DNA from: Felis catus
Lineage: Eukaryota
Reading direction: 5' to 3'
NCBI RefSeq assembly: GCF_018350175.1
Contig: NC_058381.1
Location: forward strand, 49,848,001 to 49,912,000
Length of the DNA stretch: 64,000 nucleotides
Below are positions 10,926 through 64,000 of this stretch, piece after piece (position 1 is the first letter of the stretch; each line of letters begins with the position of its first letter). The notes beneath the pieces are model-generated. The model was not told where the DNA came from. It did not search any database and saw nothing but the letters and a program-made list of their open reading frames with translations. The position numbers and the translations under genes are program-made.

Positions 10926-11644
10926 TCTCTCCCCCTCTTATAAGGATACCAGTTACGTGAGGTTAAGGATTCACCCTAATCCAGCACGATCTCACCTTAA
11001 CTGACTACATCCTCAGTGTAACCATCCAATGAGGTCACGTTCTGGGGCTCGGGGGTTAGAACTTCAACGTGCCTTTTTGGGGGACACGATTCAACCCACA
11101 TCGGGCAGCGATGAGTCAGAAGCCTGAAGAAGTGGGTTGAGCCAGAGCGTGCGGGGTTATGGTGGCCACACAGAAGGAAGTCACTGAAGACTTGGGGTCC
11201 GGGGACAGCATGACCCACTGACATGTTATTATGGGCTGCAGAGAGCAAGCCTGGCATCTTGGAAGGTCACCGAAGTGGTTCGGACGAGGGACGACAGCCA
11301 TATTGACCTTGGGTGGCACCGTTTGGAATGGGAGCTGCTGAAAGAGGGGGAGGTGGGAGACAGACTGGAAGGCGATGCCTCAGTTTCCAGCCGGGTTTAC
11401 TGGGAGGGAGGCAGACGTGAGGTCTCGGAGAAAGGACTCTGAGCTTGGTTCTGTGCCCATTGAGGCCGAGGTGACGTGTGCCATAACCTGTGGCAGTGAA
11501 CCTGATGCCTGCATGGTGGCAACAGCAGCCAAGCGGCCTGGAATCCCGCCCGTGGGTTCCCAGCTTCCGTGCTATCCTACCTGCCTGGGGCGCCCTCTGC
11601 CTCCCCATTTAGCGAACGAGGACACGAATTACCTTGACTACCAC

Positions 11645-11855
11645 ACGTTTGTAGAAACCTACTCTCCACCTGGAGCTCTGCTAGGGGGTTTGTGCACATC
11701 GTCCCACCGAATCCCTCAAATGAGCTGGGGAAGTAAGTGTGTTAGGCCCGTGTTGCAGAGGAAGATACTGAGGCCTAGATGCCGTTACCTGTCTTGTCTC
11801 ACACCAGAGCGGTGGGGGGGGCGGCTGGGATTGAGCCCAGCTTCGTTTGTCCAAA
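11645..11855 (-). mobile_element. MIR
   Basis: ttgcagaggaagatactgaggcctaga...ggctgggattgagcccag. Confidence 0.55.
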
Positions 11856-12309
11856 CAAACCCTTCCTATCACTCTCCCTCTGCCTCCCACAGCACTTTTC
11901 TTTGTACTTCTCAGATGGGGCCCGTCTTATTTTGTCTTCTTACCCACATGTCTTGACACTCTAAAGTGTGAGCTACTTGCTGGAAAGGACTGTGGGTTCC
12001 TCCCTCTCCCCCAGCAAGCTCTGCTGTGGTTAGTGGAACTCCAGCGAGGCCCCTGGGCAGTTAGAGGTGACAATCCTGGCACCCTTGCCCAAGGACTGTC
12101 TCCATGTGCTCTCGGGGGAGTGCTTTCCCTGGACTGGCGCACACAGCTGGGGTAAGACTGCCCCGGGGCCTCCAGTTGCCCCGGGGCCCCACCGGGCTGC
12201 CCCCGGGGCCGAGAGGAACCCGATCTTGGAAAACTGGGGCCCGTTTGGCCCTTCCTGTGTGCTCCAGCTCCAGGCTGGGCAGCTCTGACGGAGGGCCTGC
12301 AGACCACGA

Positions 12310-12960
12310 AAATGACTTTGGATCTACTTAGACTGCGATGAGAGCCCGCGAGAGGGTTTCCAGCCAGGAATTAATGTTAGTCGATAAACAGGTTTCGAGA
12401 TTACTTCAGCTGCCCCTTGGGAAAGGGGCGGGGAGGGAGAATTGAGGGCAGGAAGGGAAGCGGGGAACAGGGTTCCCACATACAGTTGGACAGATTGTGC
12501 ACTGCTCAACTCCGGACAGCAGTGTGAATGGCACCCCCCGGGGTTATACAACATGGTGGCCCTGGGGAAGACAATACAGACCATGTAGTGGTCTGGGCAG
12601 CATGATACTAGCTTGGACTCGGATGTTAGCCGGTAGTTGGAGAGAAATGGGTAGATTCTGGGTATGGTTGGAAGAAGGGTCTTTTCAAGAATGTGCTAGT
12701 ACTTTGGCTGTGGAGGGGGAGGGGAAGACAGGAATCAGGGTGAGGCGTTTGGACTAAGTGACTGAGTGGGAGGCAGTGCTGTTCACTGAGATAGGGGACA
12801 CTGGAAGGCGAGAGCGGGTGTGCAGGGATGAATCTGGATCAGAACCGGATAAATTTGCAGAGACTGGCAGAGAAACCACCTCGTGGTACGTGGGAGCGAC
12901 GTCTGGGGCCCGAGGCCAGTGGGCCTTTCTCTTCTTGCTCTGGGAAGCCCAGTGGCCGGA
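12310..12960 (-). mobile_element. L2 fragment (degenerate)
   Basis: gactttggatctactta...ggagagaaatgggtagattctgg...actgagtgggaggcagtgctgttcactgagatagggga. Confidence 0.55.
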
Positions 12961-14174
12961 GAGGGGACTGGGGTTCGAGACAGAACCGACGCTGCTGGGC
13001 GGGGCCAGCCGTGTGGGCGGGTGACCCGTGCAGCCACACCGGGCTCCGTGCTTTCGGAGGGCCCCTCGCTTGGTTTAAAGCTGTCTCGTTGCCGTCTTGA
13101 AATGCTTAGTCCATTTCCAACAAGGGCTCCCTCGTCTTCTTTTGTGGCCCCAGGACGTCTGGCAGGTGGGGATGCTTCGGAGGAGTCCCGGAGACGCGCA
13201 CACAGGGGAGTTGCACATGCTTCCTCCTGGGCTCCCCGAGACAGACAGCCGCCTCGCCGTGGAGCTGGCCGTGCGTGTTGGGGCACAGACCTTCCGTGCC
13301 CTCGTTCCGTCGGGTGAAGGCAGCCCGCAGCCTGCTCCCCAGAGCAGCTGCAGGGCTGGGCCTGCACCTCTTCGGGCTCTCACGGCTCCCTCGTAATGTC
13401 TCTTCTGTGCCACTTGTTCCCTTGAAACCCTTGAAACACGGCGTTAGGGAATTACCCCATCTCCAGGGTGAACTCTGTGGGGCGGAGGCTGTGGGAACCA
13501 GCTGGCGTGGGCCAAGGGTGTCTGGAGCGGGGGAAACCCAGTGGAGAACTCTTCTTTCCAGAAGCACCAGTTCCCGGAACCATGGCTGTCGCACGCGGCC
13601 TCCCGTTTCCAGGCAGGACTCGGGTGAGACCAGACGTTCAGGTGCCTGGTGTTTCTCTGGAAGGTTATCAGGACTGGAAACTCCCGGGCCAAACCCGAAA
13701 CGATCGATCATATCAGGGTTTTGTCATCGTTTCTCCAGAAGCTCCTTTGAGGCCCCATTAGCAATTTTCTCAGCTGCATTTCGACACGAGTATGCCTGTG
13801 CGCACATGCCTACTTGAGCCGTGCCAGTCTTTGGATGACGAAGCCTCAAAGCCTCTTCTTGTGCCAACACCCCGTGCTGCCTCCCTCACCCTGGGCCTGG
13901 GGGGACCGGGCACGTTTCCTTTCTGTGTAAAAAGCTCACTCCGTCTCCTCCGCCCACTGTGGAGTGGGTGTCTCCCGGCCCCTTCCCTTTGGCTTTGCAG
14001 GCAAGTCTGGAGTTCCTAGCGGGGACAGTGCGGTTAAATGGCACACGCATGGGATTTGGAGTTGGACGGGCGTGAGTTGGAAGACCGCCCTTGGATACCT
14101 GGCTTCGTGGTGTAAGGCTGAGGGCAGGGGTGGAGCAGAGTGCCTGGGGACACGCTGTGTCTCTCCCGTGTCCC

Positions 14175-14295
14175 ACTGCCTCAGTTTCCCCATCTGTAAC
14201 GGGAGTCCTTACAATACACATCCTACAGGCTGCTGTGTTAGACAAGTTAACACACGTAAAGGGCCATGTCCACAGCGCTAAGTACGTGCTTATGA
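14175..14295 (+). mobile_element. MIR core
   Basis: tgcctcagtttccccatctgtaacggga...tacaggctgctgtg. Confidence 0.6.
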
Positions 14296-14492
14296 CCATC
14301 CCTAGTGAAGTAGAAATGACCTCATAAGGCTTTGGTTCAGAAAGTAAACTGTAAGGTCATCGAGGACAGAGACTGTACCTTTGCTTCCTTCGCACCCATC
14401 AGAGCTGCCCCGGCTTGCTGCTTGCTGGTATCTTGGGAATAAAAGGAAAGAAATGATAGATCACCACCTTGGTTTTGAATGAGTATTTTCTC

Positions 14493-14703
14493 CGGGAGCC
14501 TGGGTGGCCCAGTCGGTTAAGCGGCCGACTTCGGCTCAGGTCATGATCTTGCGGTCTGTGGGTTCGAGCCCCGCGTCGGGCTCTGTGCTGACGGCTCGGA
14601 GCCTGGAGCCTCCTTCGGATTCTGTGTCTGCCTCTCTCTCTGCCCCTCCCCCACTATCTCTCTCTCTCTCTTTCTCTCTCTCTCAAAAATAAATAAAACG
14701 TCA
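14493..14703 (+). mobile_element. CanSINE (SINEC_Fc)
   Basis: Perfect 15-bp TSD AATGAGTATTTTCTC at 14478-14492 and 14704-14718. Confidence 0.95.
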
Positions 14704-14815
14704 AATGAGTATTTTCTCATCTGAAGAACTACAGATCTGACACCCAGCTTAACAGGCCTTTTCTCCTACCTGAGACATTCTCTTCAGGCGTTTTCCTCTT
14801 AGTCTGTAAGATCTG

Positions 14816-14817
<2 letters not shown>

Positions 14818-14850
<33 letters not shown>

Positions 14851-14921
14851 TGAAGTGAAATTCACATGACCTAAAATGAACCATTTTAAAGCAAACAATT
14901 CAGTGACAATTAGTACCTTTA
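14818..14921 (-). mobile_element. L1 (L1MB-like) 3' end with T31 tract
   Basis: T run 14818-14848 then attgaagtgaaattcacat...ccattttaaagc..acaattcagtg. Confidence 0.65.
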
Positions 14922-14923
14922 AA

Positions 14924-15138
14924 TTTTTTTTTTTAATGTTTTATTTATTTTTGAGACAGAGAGAGACAGAGCATGAACGGGGGAGGGGCAGAGAGAGAGG
15001 GAGACACAGAATCCGAAGCGGGCTCCAGGCTCTGAGCTGTCAGCACAGAGCCCGATGCGGTGCTCAAACTCACAAACCAAGAGATCATGACCTGAGTTGA
15101 AGTTGGACGCTTAACCCACCGAGCCAGCCAGGCTCCCC
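14924..15138 (-). mobile_element. CanSINE (SINEC_Fc)
   Basis: Antisense full-length copy. Confidence 0.93.
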
Positions 15139-15139
15139 G

Positions 15140-15334
15140 ATGTTTATTTATTTTTGAGAAAGAGAGAGAGAACAAGCAGAGGAGGGGCAGAGGAAGGAGA
15201 CTAGAGGATCCAAAGCCGACTCCACGCTGACAGCAGAGAGGCTGAGTCAGGGCTCAATCCCATGAACTGTGAGATCCCGACCTGAGCCCAAACTAAGAGT
15301 CGGACACTTAACCTAGGGAACCACCAGACGCCCC
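15140..15334 (-). mobile_element. CanSINE (older)
   Basis: Diverged antisense copy ending cagacgcccc. Confidence 0.85.
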
Positions 15335-15645
15335 TAGGCTTGAGTGTAACATTTTTTTAAAAGACGGAGAAAAAAGGAAAGAAACAAGAAAAGAGGAAAC
15401 CACCGTGTTGCTGGGGGGGGTTGCAGACCTCACTGCTCTTTAGGGCCAGCACCTCTGCAAATGCCAAGGTCATGGCGAAGGGCAGGGTGTTCAGGGCCCT
15501 GCTGGCTGTACCCAGGCTGGGGGGTCGCTCCGGAGGGCGTCTCTGAGGGACGAGGGACGTGAAAACATTATAGACTTATAAGGGCTTTCTCTTTAGTACA
15601 GTTGGTCCTTGTAGGGGGGAGAGAGGCTGCAGGTGGAGTCCCTTT

Positions 15646-15853
15646 ATTTATTTATTTTTAAATGTTTTAATTATTTTTAAGAGACAGGGCACGCAAGCAG
15701 GGAGGGGCAGAGAGAGAGGGGGACAGAGGATCCAAGCAGGCTCCGCGTTGACAGCAGAGAGCCTGATGCGGGGCTCAAAGGCACAAACCTTGAGATCATG
15801 ACCTGAAGTCATGACTCTTAGCCGCTAAACTGACTGAGCCACCCAGGCGCCCC
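15646..15853 (-). mobile_element. CanSINE
   Basis: TSD AGGTGGAGTCCCTTT at 15631-15645 and 15854-15868. Confidence 0.93.
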
Positions 15854-16405
15854 AGGTGGAGTCCCTTTTAAACACTGTTTTAAGCCTCTCTGTCCCAAGT
15901 CTTCTGACCGAATTGCTGGATCTGAGTGAGAGGCAGGGATTTGTACGCATTTCCCCATTTTCTTGCCCCAGGCTGGCCTCTGCGGGGGCACAGAAAACAA
16001 GGAACTGTCCCCAGGCTGGTCTAAGCCCCTGAGCAAGTACTGCCCCGGGCAGGAGGACTGCCTGGGCAAATGGCCGGTCCTGGTCTAGAGCTGCTGTCAC
16101 TGGGTTTGGGGACCACCGCCGTCCAGGTCTGGGGTTATGGCGGAGACCTGAGGCTATAGTGCAGGTGGCAGGTGGTGACCCAGACTCTGGAGTGTGGGGG
16201 AGGAGTGTTTAAACGTGGCTGCTCTCTGTGACCTCATCCCCTGCTTTCACATGGGTCCCCGATGTCACATCTCTTTGTGACACTTCGATGAGCAAACTCC
16301 ACGTCAGCATGTTATCTTTAAAACTATTGGGAAGGTGCCACTTTTGGTGACATCCCCACCCCTCACTTCCTAGTAATGGTTATTTTGAGGTTTGGTTACA
16401 TTTTC

Positions 16406-16624
16406 TATTAAAAAAAAAATTTTTTTTAACATATATTCATTTTTGAGAGAGAAACAGAGCCTGAGTGGGAGAGGGGCAGAGAGAGAAGGAGACACAGAAT
16501 CGGGAGCGGGCTCCAGGCTCCGAGCTGTAGCCCAGAGCCCGACGCGGGGCTCAAACTCATGGGCCGTGAGATCATGACCTGAGCCGAAGTCGGTGCTCAA
16601 CCGACTGAGCCACCCAGGGGCCCC
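16406..16624 (-). mobile_element. CanSINE (SINEC_Fc)
   Basis: 19-bp TSD GAGGTT(T/G)GGTTACATTTTC at 16387 and 16625. Confidence 0.94.
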
Positions 16625-17716
16625 GAGGTTGGGTTACATTTTCAATGAAGTTGTTGGGAAGGAAAGACTCTTCTCTTCCCCTCTCCTCCCCCCTCCCCGT
16701 CTTCCCTCCTCCCCTCCACCCTGTATTTGTAGAGCCCAGTTTTAGGAGCCCGAGATAAGCGGTGAGCGACAGGCAAAGCCTTCCTCCCAGGGAGCTTGCA
16801 TGGAGGGAAGTTGGCCCAGAAAGAAAGGACATAAAAATAAACCAGGTAATTCGGGTTGGGATCAGTGTTACCAACTATGCACTCAGGGTGCCTGATGAGA
16901 GGGCAGCGGAGGCCCCCTTGCGGGAAAACTGAACGGGGAGGATGGGCCATGCAAAGGTCTGGGTGAGCGTGCCAGGTGCAGGCCGACCTTGGGAAGGAGC
17001 TGGCAATCTGCAAATCCTAAAAAAGACCCAGAAGCCCCCTGTGCTGGCGCCTGAGGGAGGCAGGGAAGGAGAGGCCTGAAAGGCGGACTGCGAGGGAGCG
17101 CGCTTTCAGGGCGCACCAGGCAATCGTTTTAGAGTATTAAGCAGTGGTCAGAGGAGCACTTTTAAAGGCCCCCCACCCCCCTCCCACCGGCCCCTAGGTG
17201 AGGATGGGTCACATGTGGAGAGGAGGAGAGAGGCGCTGAGCCCGGCTTTGCTCTGCTGACCTGGCGCCTGTGCGCCAGTCCCTTATCCACCCCAGGACCT
17301 TGGGCTTCGCTCTGCCCGGCATGGCTGAGCTCGCCCGCCGGGCTCCCAGCAGCCTGGATGCACATGGTCCTGAGGTGCTTACCTGACCTTTAAGCCACCT
17401 GTCCTCCCTGCCCTCCCGGCCAGCCTGGCCACCCATCCTGTCACAGCTCTGCTCATTCTAGACTCCAGATTGTCATCCTTTTGAAACTTTTAATGTTAAA
17501 TATTAATATTAAGTTTTAATAATAAAAATCTCCAATATAAAGGAAAATGAAAAGGACAGTATACTCAATTGTTATTAGCATTTTGCCATTTTTATTTGTA
17601 CTCGCTCTGTCTATAAAGAAGGTGGGTTTTTTTTTGAGTCATTCTAAGGGTGTAGATATTATGTTCTTTTATTATAAACACTATAGCATACATCTCTCAA
17701 GAATAAAAACATTCTT

Positions 17717-17883
17717 GGGGCGCCTGGGTGGCTCAGTCGGTTAAGCGTCTGACTTTGGTCCAGGTCAGGATCTCATGGTCCATGAGTTCGAGCCCCACGT
17801 GGGGCTCTGTGCTGATGGCTCAGAGCCTGGAGCCTGCTTCGGATTCTGTGTCTGCCTCTCTCTCTGCCCCTCCCCCACTCATG

Positions 17884-17921
<38 letters not shown>

Positions 17922-17925
17922 AAAA
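17717..17925 (+). mobile_element. CanSINE (SINEC_Fc)
   Basis: Full head and tail; TSD-like aagaata...cattctt. Confidence 0.93.
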
Positions 17926-17957
17926 AAGAATACCAGCATTCTTAATGTAACAAAAAC

Positions 17958-18191
17958 TTTCTTTTTTTTTAAGTTTATTTATTTTGAGAGAGGATATGCA
18001 CGCGTGCATGCGTGCTTATGTGAGTCAGGGAGGGGCAGAGACATAGGGAGAGAGAAAGAATACCAAGCAGGCCCCTCACTGTCAGCACAGAGCCCCGACG
18101 TGGGGTTTGATCTCATGAACTGTGAGATTATGACAGGAGCCAAAATCAAGAGTCTGATGCTTAACCAACTGAGCTTAACCAAGTGGGCCCC
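17958..18191 (-). mobile_element. CanSINE (older)
   Basis: Antisense copy with aaaatcaagagtc. Confidence 0.88.
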
Positions 18192-18217
18192 TAAAATCTT
18201 TCCGAATGTAGTAAAAA

Positions 18218-18436
18218 AATATATATATTTTTTCAACGTTTATTTATTTTTGGGACAGAGAGAGACAGAGCATGAACGGGGGAGGGGCAGAGAGAGAGGG
18301 AGACACAGAATCGGAAACAGGGTCCAGGCTCCGAGCCATCAGCCCAGAGCCTGACGCGGGGCTCGAACTCACGGACCGCGAGATCGTGACCTGGCTGAAG
18401 TCGGACGCTTAACCGACTGCGCCACCCAGGCGCCCC
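18218..18436 (-). mobile_element. CanSINE, young SINEC_Fc-type
   Basis: CpG-intact; diagnostic gactgcgccacc, cctggctgaag, tcggaaacagg. Confidence 0.95.
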
Positions 18437-18477
18437 TAAATGTAATCAAAATGTCTATTTTTTTATTATGTAGTAGA

Positions 18478-18992
18478 CAATGGAAGATTATTTAGCTGTA
18501 AAAGAAGGAAATCTGCCATTTTGACAACGTGGGTTGGACCTTGTAGACATCATACTAGGTAAAAGGAGTGAGACAAAGACAAATATTATATGATCTCAAT
18601 TATATGTGAAATCTAAAAAAAAAAAAAAAAAAAGAATCTCTAGATGCAGATAACAGAGTGGTGGTTGCCAGGGGTAGGGGTGGGGGAAATGGGTGAAGGG
18701 GTCCAAAGGTGCAAACTTCCAGTCACGAGATAAGTAAGCTCTAAGGCACGGAACTCACAGCACGGTGACTATAATTAACAACACCGTCTTGTGCGTTTGA
18801 AAGTTGACAAGAGAGCAGATCTTAAAAATTCTCATCACACACACACACAAAGGGTAGCTATGTGTGACGCGAGGTCTGTTCACCAAACTTATTGTGGGTA
18901 TCGTTTCCCAGTAAATACATGCGTCAAATCGTTATGTCGTACGCCTTCAGTGAATACAATGTTATATGCCAATACAACCGGAAGAAAAAAAA
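18478..18992 (+). mobile_element. L1 3' region (L1MA9/carnivore L1-like)
   Basis: aaggaaatctgccattttgacaac...gacaaagacaaatattatatgatctc...gtggttgccagggg...ccaaaggtgcaaacttccag...aagttgacaagagagcagatcttaaaaattctcatcac. Confidence 0.85.
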
Positions 18993-18999
18993 GAACAAA

Positions 19000-19470
19000 A
19001 ACATTCCTCTACGTGGCTGTAATCCAGAAAATGGACAACGGTCCCCCCCCCCCAACATGGCATCTTACAGGCAGCTCCTATCAAGTTTCTCTCATTAGCC
19101 CCCAAATGTGCTCTTGGCACGTTTGAACTGGAATCCGGCCAAGGGTCACGTACTACATTTGGGTTGTCTCTTTAGTGTCCTTTAGTGTAGAATATCCCCC
19201 ACTATGCCACTTTTTGCTCGGCTATTGACTTTTTGAAGAACTACCCCAGTTGTGGTGGAATGTCGTAGAATGTTGTCAGATGGTTTGTTAAGATTATTTC
19301 CTTGTGGTGTCAGTTAATCTGTTCTGTCAGCTGTATTTCCTGTAACCTGGAAATTAGGTCCAGAGGCATGATGAGATTCAGGTTCAATGCTCTTGATAAG
19401 AATCCTTGATGATATCAACGTCACATAATCCCATCGGGAGACCCACGTGGCCAGTTGCGACATTAAGTGT
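19000..19470 (-). mobile_element. Old L1 (L1MC-like) 3' fragment
   Basis: gtttgaactggaatcc...attgactttttgaagaa...gatgagattcaggtt. Confidence 0.5.
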
Positions 19471-19571
19471 AATCACGTTCCTTGAGGGCAAGAAAATGGC
19501 TAGACTTCTTTTCTATTTCTCCACAGTGTCTAAAAAAAAAAGGCTGGGCATCCAGTAATGTGTAGTAGACA

Positions 19572-20195
19572 CAGCCGATTCTTGTCATTGGCAATAGTTA
19601 CTCTATAAAGTCACCGTGAACGCTGGATCGCGGAATACCGAACCATTGCTTCTAGGGGATCTGCAGAGTTAGACTCCTGTGAGCCTCTGGTTACATTTTT
19701 GCCAACAGATCACGACAGAACCTTCTTTTGTCCTTGTGTGTTTCTGTTTAAAGACGTCTTGTGTACTGTGGTTTTTGATTCGTTAACACGGAGCTCATGG
19801 CAGACCGCACCGTAACTCGTTCCTGAATGAAGCTTGTTCTAACACTTGTATTTGCTCCATGAGGCACATCACAGCCTTTTTGCACTTGGAAGAGGTAGGC
19901 AGCCCCTCAGTCTTACTCTTGGGGACCATTTGACACAGCAAAATCACCAACAGAAAGCAAAGAAATGCAAAAACTGTAGCACTCAATGGACGGTGGAAAG
20001 GACGGCACTCGCTTGCGGTACGAGAGCCAAACCAAGGAGGCCGCCCTCTTCAGCCTCAGCTAGGGATGTGCGTGTTGCAAAACACAAAGTTTTGGAGCAC
20101 CTTGGAATGTCCACGGGTATTGATTTTAGAGATACAAATTTTAGTGACTGGATGAATGCAAAACGTGGGATCAACAGGATCAACAGGATCCACTA
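19572..20195 (-). mobile_element. MER82 (TcMar-Tigger non-autonomous DNA transposon), near full length
   Basis: Ends cagccgattcttgtcatt / aggatccact; internal gtgtgtttctgtttaaagac, gaggcacatcacagcc, gcaaaatcaccaac match recalled MER82; ORF 19795-19986 keeps KCKKAVMCLMEQIQVL. Confidence 0.85.
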
Positions 20196-20209
20196 AATAT
20201 TCTGGATGA

Positions 20210-62716
<42,507 letters not shown>

Positions 62717-63435
62717 GTGAGTCAGGGGCACCCACCTGGATCCACCCTCTGGCCTCCAGGAATGAGTGTGGGCTGCCCTCCCTCAGGGAGCCCTCAGCAC
62801 CCCCCTCCCCCCTCCCCCCACCACCCCAGGACAGACCCTCTGCACCCACAAATACGAAAACAAGGTCTTTGTACTCTGCGCCCGAATTTCTAGCAAGCTC
62901 AGAGCTAGTCCGCACACTCACAAGAAGGACTCTCACTCCACTGTTAGGCTTTAAATGCCAGTTTGGCGGAATGTTAAATGGAAGCTTGGAGATATTTTAA
63001 GGTGTAATTTACTAGACAATAGACTGTTTCAGAGAATAGACTCTAGAGGTCTAGTTAGCAAACCGACAGAAGTCTCTCTGCTGCTTGATTCGCTCGGTGA
63101 CGGTCTTAAATGTATATTTTAGAAATGTGATGCTGGGTCAGGATGGTTCTCAAAATCTTCCCAGGGGCTTCTGGCCGCGAACAGAATTCAGGCTCCTTCC
63201 ATACCGGGTCGCTCGACTTTTCTGGTGTCGGTTCTCCAAGAGCAACCACCTTCTTCCTTGGCCTTCTATCAAGATCTCTTTCAGCGTTTAGGGCCTCACA
63301 TCAAATCCTAGTACCTCGGTCATAAAACTCCCTCTCATCTTCTCACCTGGGTACGATCTGGAGACACTGTGGTGATGATCACGTTCTGCCCCTATATGCC
63401 AGCCATTGGGGTACATGTTTTATTTTCCCTACTAG

Positions 63436-63658
63436 TTTTTTTTTTTAATTTTTTTTTTTTTAACGTTTATTCAGTTTTGAGAGACAGAGACAGAGCACGA
63501 GTGGGGCAGGGGCAGAGAGAGAGGGAGACACAGAATCCGAGGCAGGCTCCGGGCTCCGAGCTGTCAGCGCAGAGCCCGACGCGGGGCTCGAACTCAAGAA
63601 CCGTGAGATCATAACCGGAGCCGAAGTCGGCCGCTTAACTGAGCCACCCAGGCGCCCC
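63436..63658 (-). mobile_element. CanSINE (SINEC_Fc)
   Basis: TSD tcc(c/t)tact(a/g)gtttt. Confidence 0.93.
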
Positions 63659-64000
63659 TCCCTTACTGGTTTTGAGCTCTCTGAACCCAGAGCTTTGTAA
63701 GATCTTTTATTTTTGTTGTCTTTAAGTGCTGAGCACAGTTTCTCGTGTCCCGCAGGAACCCTAAATTTTTTCTCCGAGTGAATGAGAAACGAACAAACAA
63801 AAACATAAACAAAACAAAACCAGGCCCGGGACCTGGTGTGGATTTCAATTTGATTCAGTTATTTAATGTGAGAGTGTTCCAAAGCGTTATATAATAAAGA
63901 ACAGAAATTATTTTCCCCGAGTATAAATACGTGATCCTGAAGAAAATGTGCTATAAAAACACAAGTTCTTTGAGTTCAGAACTTGAGGGATATTAAAAAT

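Larger units (their letters stand above)
9920..11101 (-). mobile_element. MLT1C-like solo LTR interrupted by three CanSINEs
   Basis: Segments 9920-9987, 10447-10705 and 10926-11101 rejoin into one MLT1 (ggcttaaaacaacaggaat|gtattctctcacagttccggaggcc...cttataaggatacc...gattcaacccac). Confidence 0.82.

Noticed and set aside
19795-19986. Transposase gene
   Set aside because: 63-aa degenerate remnant in non-autonomous MER82, no DDD domain.
63962-63985. Hairpin CAAGTTCT...AGAACTTG
   Set aside because: An 8-bp stem is expected by chance in 64 kb; too short for a pre-miRNA.

Overview
Mammalian genomic DNA, almost certainly feliform (cat-like): about 41 copies of the tRNA-derived carnivore SINE (CanSINE) are present, many with the SINEC_Fc-type GGCTCCAGGCTCTGAGCTGTCAGCACAGAGCC segment. 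The whole window lies inside one + strand gene, arylsulfatase G (ARSG), a lysosomal formylglycine sulfatase. Nine consecutive internal coding exons (human-numbering exons 3-11; 188, 48, 118, 138, 197, 81, 109, 121, 91 nt; 1091 nt) have canonical AG/GT sites and splice into one open frame with CSPSR, GKWHLG, AHMHVP and GDNG motifs. The first coding exon and the last exon are outside the window. The rest is intron: CanSINEs (often nested or inverted), MLT1 solo LTRs, MER82/MER63/MER3/MER5/MER20 DNA transposon relics, L1/L2/MIR fragments and microsatellites. Almost all ORFs in the six-frame track are spurious. I find no new multi-gene system. The best leads are a 6-nt in-frame Gly-Asp duplication in exon 5, an Arg-rich RRGRR loop in exon 7, a ~77-bp duplication bracketing a SINE, a possible recursive splice site, inverted SINE pairs around in-frame-skippable exons, and an intronic CCAAT/ETS promoter-like patch. 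Comparisons with human ARSG and repeat consensuses are from memory and need checking; repeat boundaries are approximate.
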